Assembly: GCA_008632985.1 (NCBI GenBank)
Contig: QPGO01000040.1
Location: forward strand, 45,311-65,310
Direction: 5' to 3'
DNA: 20,000 nt
From: Psammoneis japonica
Taxonomy: Eukaryota
Positions 17,927 through 20,000 of the stretch are shown one piece after another. Each line of letters begins with the position of its first letter. The first letter of the stretch is position 1. Both the position numbers and the translations under genes were made by a program. The notes beneath the pieces are model-generated. The model made no database searches. It worked only from the letters and a program-made list of their open reading frames with translations, and was not told the origin of the DNA.

Positions 17927-18426
17927 TTCAAAGGCAGCCCGAGCTGCTTGGCAATCTTCAGCTTGGTACAAGAGCAATGTAATGAGACTGAGATGCGATG
18001 GTAGGTAGGATTCGTCACGATATATGGATACCTCCAACATTCGTGATGCCTTTTCAACACTAGGCACATCACTATCTCCCTGCTTTAAGCAACCCAAAGC
18101 CTCGCTGAGATTGCAAAATTGATTGATTCAATGAAAGAAAGAGTGAGCATGGGATTAAAAAGTACGAGAAAAAAAAGCAAACACAAGTACAAACACGAAA
18201 ATTCGACTTACTCGTGAAGCTGCTCTGCTGATTTTGGATACACAATGTAATAGATTCGTCTACAAAACTCATACAGCACTGTTAGAAACAGCAAGACCAC
18301 CACACCCGGCAACAATACCGTTGTGGTGAGTTCCCAAAGAAATTCAGGCAAGTGAGAGATTGCAATTTCCAACTCGGCGGAAAGGTTGCGCAGTGCGTAC
18401 ACTAGCATTTTCGTTCGACCGCCCAT
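17780..18426 (-). CDS. Two-exon single-TM protein with a TPR-like helical C-terminus (exons 18426-18212 and 18104-17780)
   Basis: Donor GA|GTAAGT at 18211 and a pyrimidine-rich acceptor TCTCAG| at 18105 join ORFs 18208..18561 and 17780..18097 in frame (..EQLH-D-EALGCLK..). TM segment VLLPGVVVLLFLTVLY; TPR-like AARAAFERAQEIFPDNKEL. Confidence 0.75.
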
Positions 18427-18934
18427 GATGATCCTTTGATTTCTACTCTGGATTTTAGAGATGTATATCCGGTCGTTGACCGAGTTGGATCTTTCTGAGC
18501 CAGTCGATCTTTCTGCAACCTTACTATTTGTACAGTCGTACGTGCGGGACGCTGAGCACACCCAGATGCCCTATGAGTGCCAATTCTATCAATAGCTTTC
18601 CAAAAGAACGGACGCTGCTGCAAACAACAACAAACTGCTTCAGCATGCCAAAGATTGCGCGTTCGTTCGTTCGGTCATGATAGATGCGCGCGCCCGACAT
18701 TTGCATTCCCGCGCAAATTCGTGATTGGTATCTATGATCTTCGTCTCTGGAGTTATCTCAAATGAGTGATCGCGAATTGGGTCGTGCAGAGGCGCGAGCA
18801 TGATCTTGCCAAAAATTTCGTGACTCAAAACGCGGACTATTTCCCTGTTTGTGCCTTCTCGTTTAGTGTGTCTCATCTCACAATAAGTCATTCTATCGCC
18901 AACAAGCACGTACTATTCCAACAAGACACACAGC

Positions 18935-19675
18935 ATGGTGGTACGCATCATACACAACTCTCTTGAGCTACCCATAACAGTCCATGACACCAAGAACAAG
19001 TCAGCCGCTGCTGTTGCTCGTACAAGTAGCGGTTCAACCTCGTTTCGTCAATCCAACTACAAGCACAGCAATGATTTTCAAAAAGAAAATTATTCCAATC
19101 ACTCCGTAACGACTCGCCCTTACCATCGTCGTTATCGAGTCCATTTTGAAGACTCCTCCGAAACTCCTACTCGACAGGAATTGCCATCAAGAACCGACGC
19201 CACTGTTCACGACGACGACGAATTTGATAGATTTCACGATGAATTCTTTCGACAATTGCGTCATGAACGACGACAAGAGCTTCTTCATCTACAAAACCTA
19301 CCACAAGACAAACCTGGTCGTCGTGTCTGCTTTGCTGAAAAGCTCGTTTCGGATGTTTGGGAAAGACCCAAAACACTTCCAGAGGAAAAGGCTGCTCTGT
19401 TTTACTCGACGCACGAAATTCGAGAATTTCGAAACGACTATTGCCGACAGATACGTCAAGAAGCATGCCAAGACGAAATGCATCTTTCCAACCTTTTCAT
19501 TGCCATGGCTACAACGGATTTTTCATGGATTCGAAAAATGTTTACCTTTTGTATTGCAGAAACAACAGCCGTCCTTGTGAGTTACGGCACATCCTTTCTC
19601 ATGGACCATACATTTTGCTCCAAAAAGTGCGAATCATTGCCATTGTGGGAAGATAATGAATATACCATAGAATAG
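18935..19675 (+). CDS. Hypothetical protein with RVxF motifs (RVHF; RVCF...RPKT...LFYS..EI..FR)
   Basis: Clean 246-aa ATG-initiated ORF, divergent from the TPR-like gene and followed by an AT-rich 3' region. Confidence 0.7.
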   Translation: MVVRIIHNSLELPITVHDTKNKSAAAVARTSSGSTSFRQSNYKHSNDFQKENYSNHSVTTRPYHRRYRVHFEDSSETPTRQELPSRTDATVHDDDEFDRFHDEFFRQLRHERRQELLHLQNLPQDKPGRRVCFAEKLVSDVWERPKTLPEEKAALFYSTHEIREFRNDYCRQIRQEACQDEMHLSNLFIAMATTDFSWIRKMFTFCIAETTAVLVSYGTSFLMDHTFCSKKCESLPLWEDNEYTIE

Positions 19676-20000
19676 AATTGAATCGACTATAGAGAATGCA
19701 TAAAGGGGGGCAATAATCAATGCAGCTCTCTGTAGGGTAATCGAATGTACTGAGTATTCGAGCAGATTTTGACTTTTCAGAGATGTGAAAAGCTTGCTCA
19801 CCTCTCTCTGCGGAGTTACCATTCTCTCCAAGTGGCAATAAGATCATGTCTAGAGTTACAAATCAATTCAATTCCACTAAATTAGTACTGGGACTCTCTC
19901 TGGTATCAAATGAATGTACGAATATGCGGCCATCGTTCATTATTTCTGTTGATGACTTTGCAAGTTGGAGAGCGTAGAGTTGGCGGGGTGGCGCAAATTG

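Noticed and set aside
1..20000. CRISPR arrays, tRNA/rRNA genes, prokaryotic operons
   Set aside because: No regularly spaced repeats or RNA gene signatures were seen. A spliceosomal intron and the gene content indicate eukaryotic DNA.

Overview
Compact, intron-poor eukaryotic DNA. Gene content and style suggest a pennate diatom (inference). Host genes: a >970-aa signal-peptide, Pro/Gln-rich membrane protein that runs off the left edge (missed by the ORF track), a histidine phosphatase (PGM family), a frameshifted GLTP-domain gene, two tandem paralogs of a secreted FG-GAP-like beta-propeller with a prokaryote-like C-terminal domain, a two-exon TM+TPR-like gene and an RVxF-motif protein. The outstanding signal is two sharply bounded islands (~4490-6870 and 11896-15342) almost purged of TpA, with CpG lost in their cores and TpG/CpA abundant. 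Island 2 is a decayed ISL2EU/Harbinger-type (DDE_Tnp_4) transposon lying at the junction of a tandem duplication. Its expected Tyr codons now read Cys or His (TAY->TGY/CAY), an intron donor reads GCAAG, and no surviving TpA is in an RTAY context. Together this points to a repeat-targeted A->G/T->C hypermutation at TpA, the reverse direction of fungal RIP, acting alongside 5mCpG decay. It is a candidate undescribed genome-defence system. All counts are manual.
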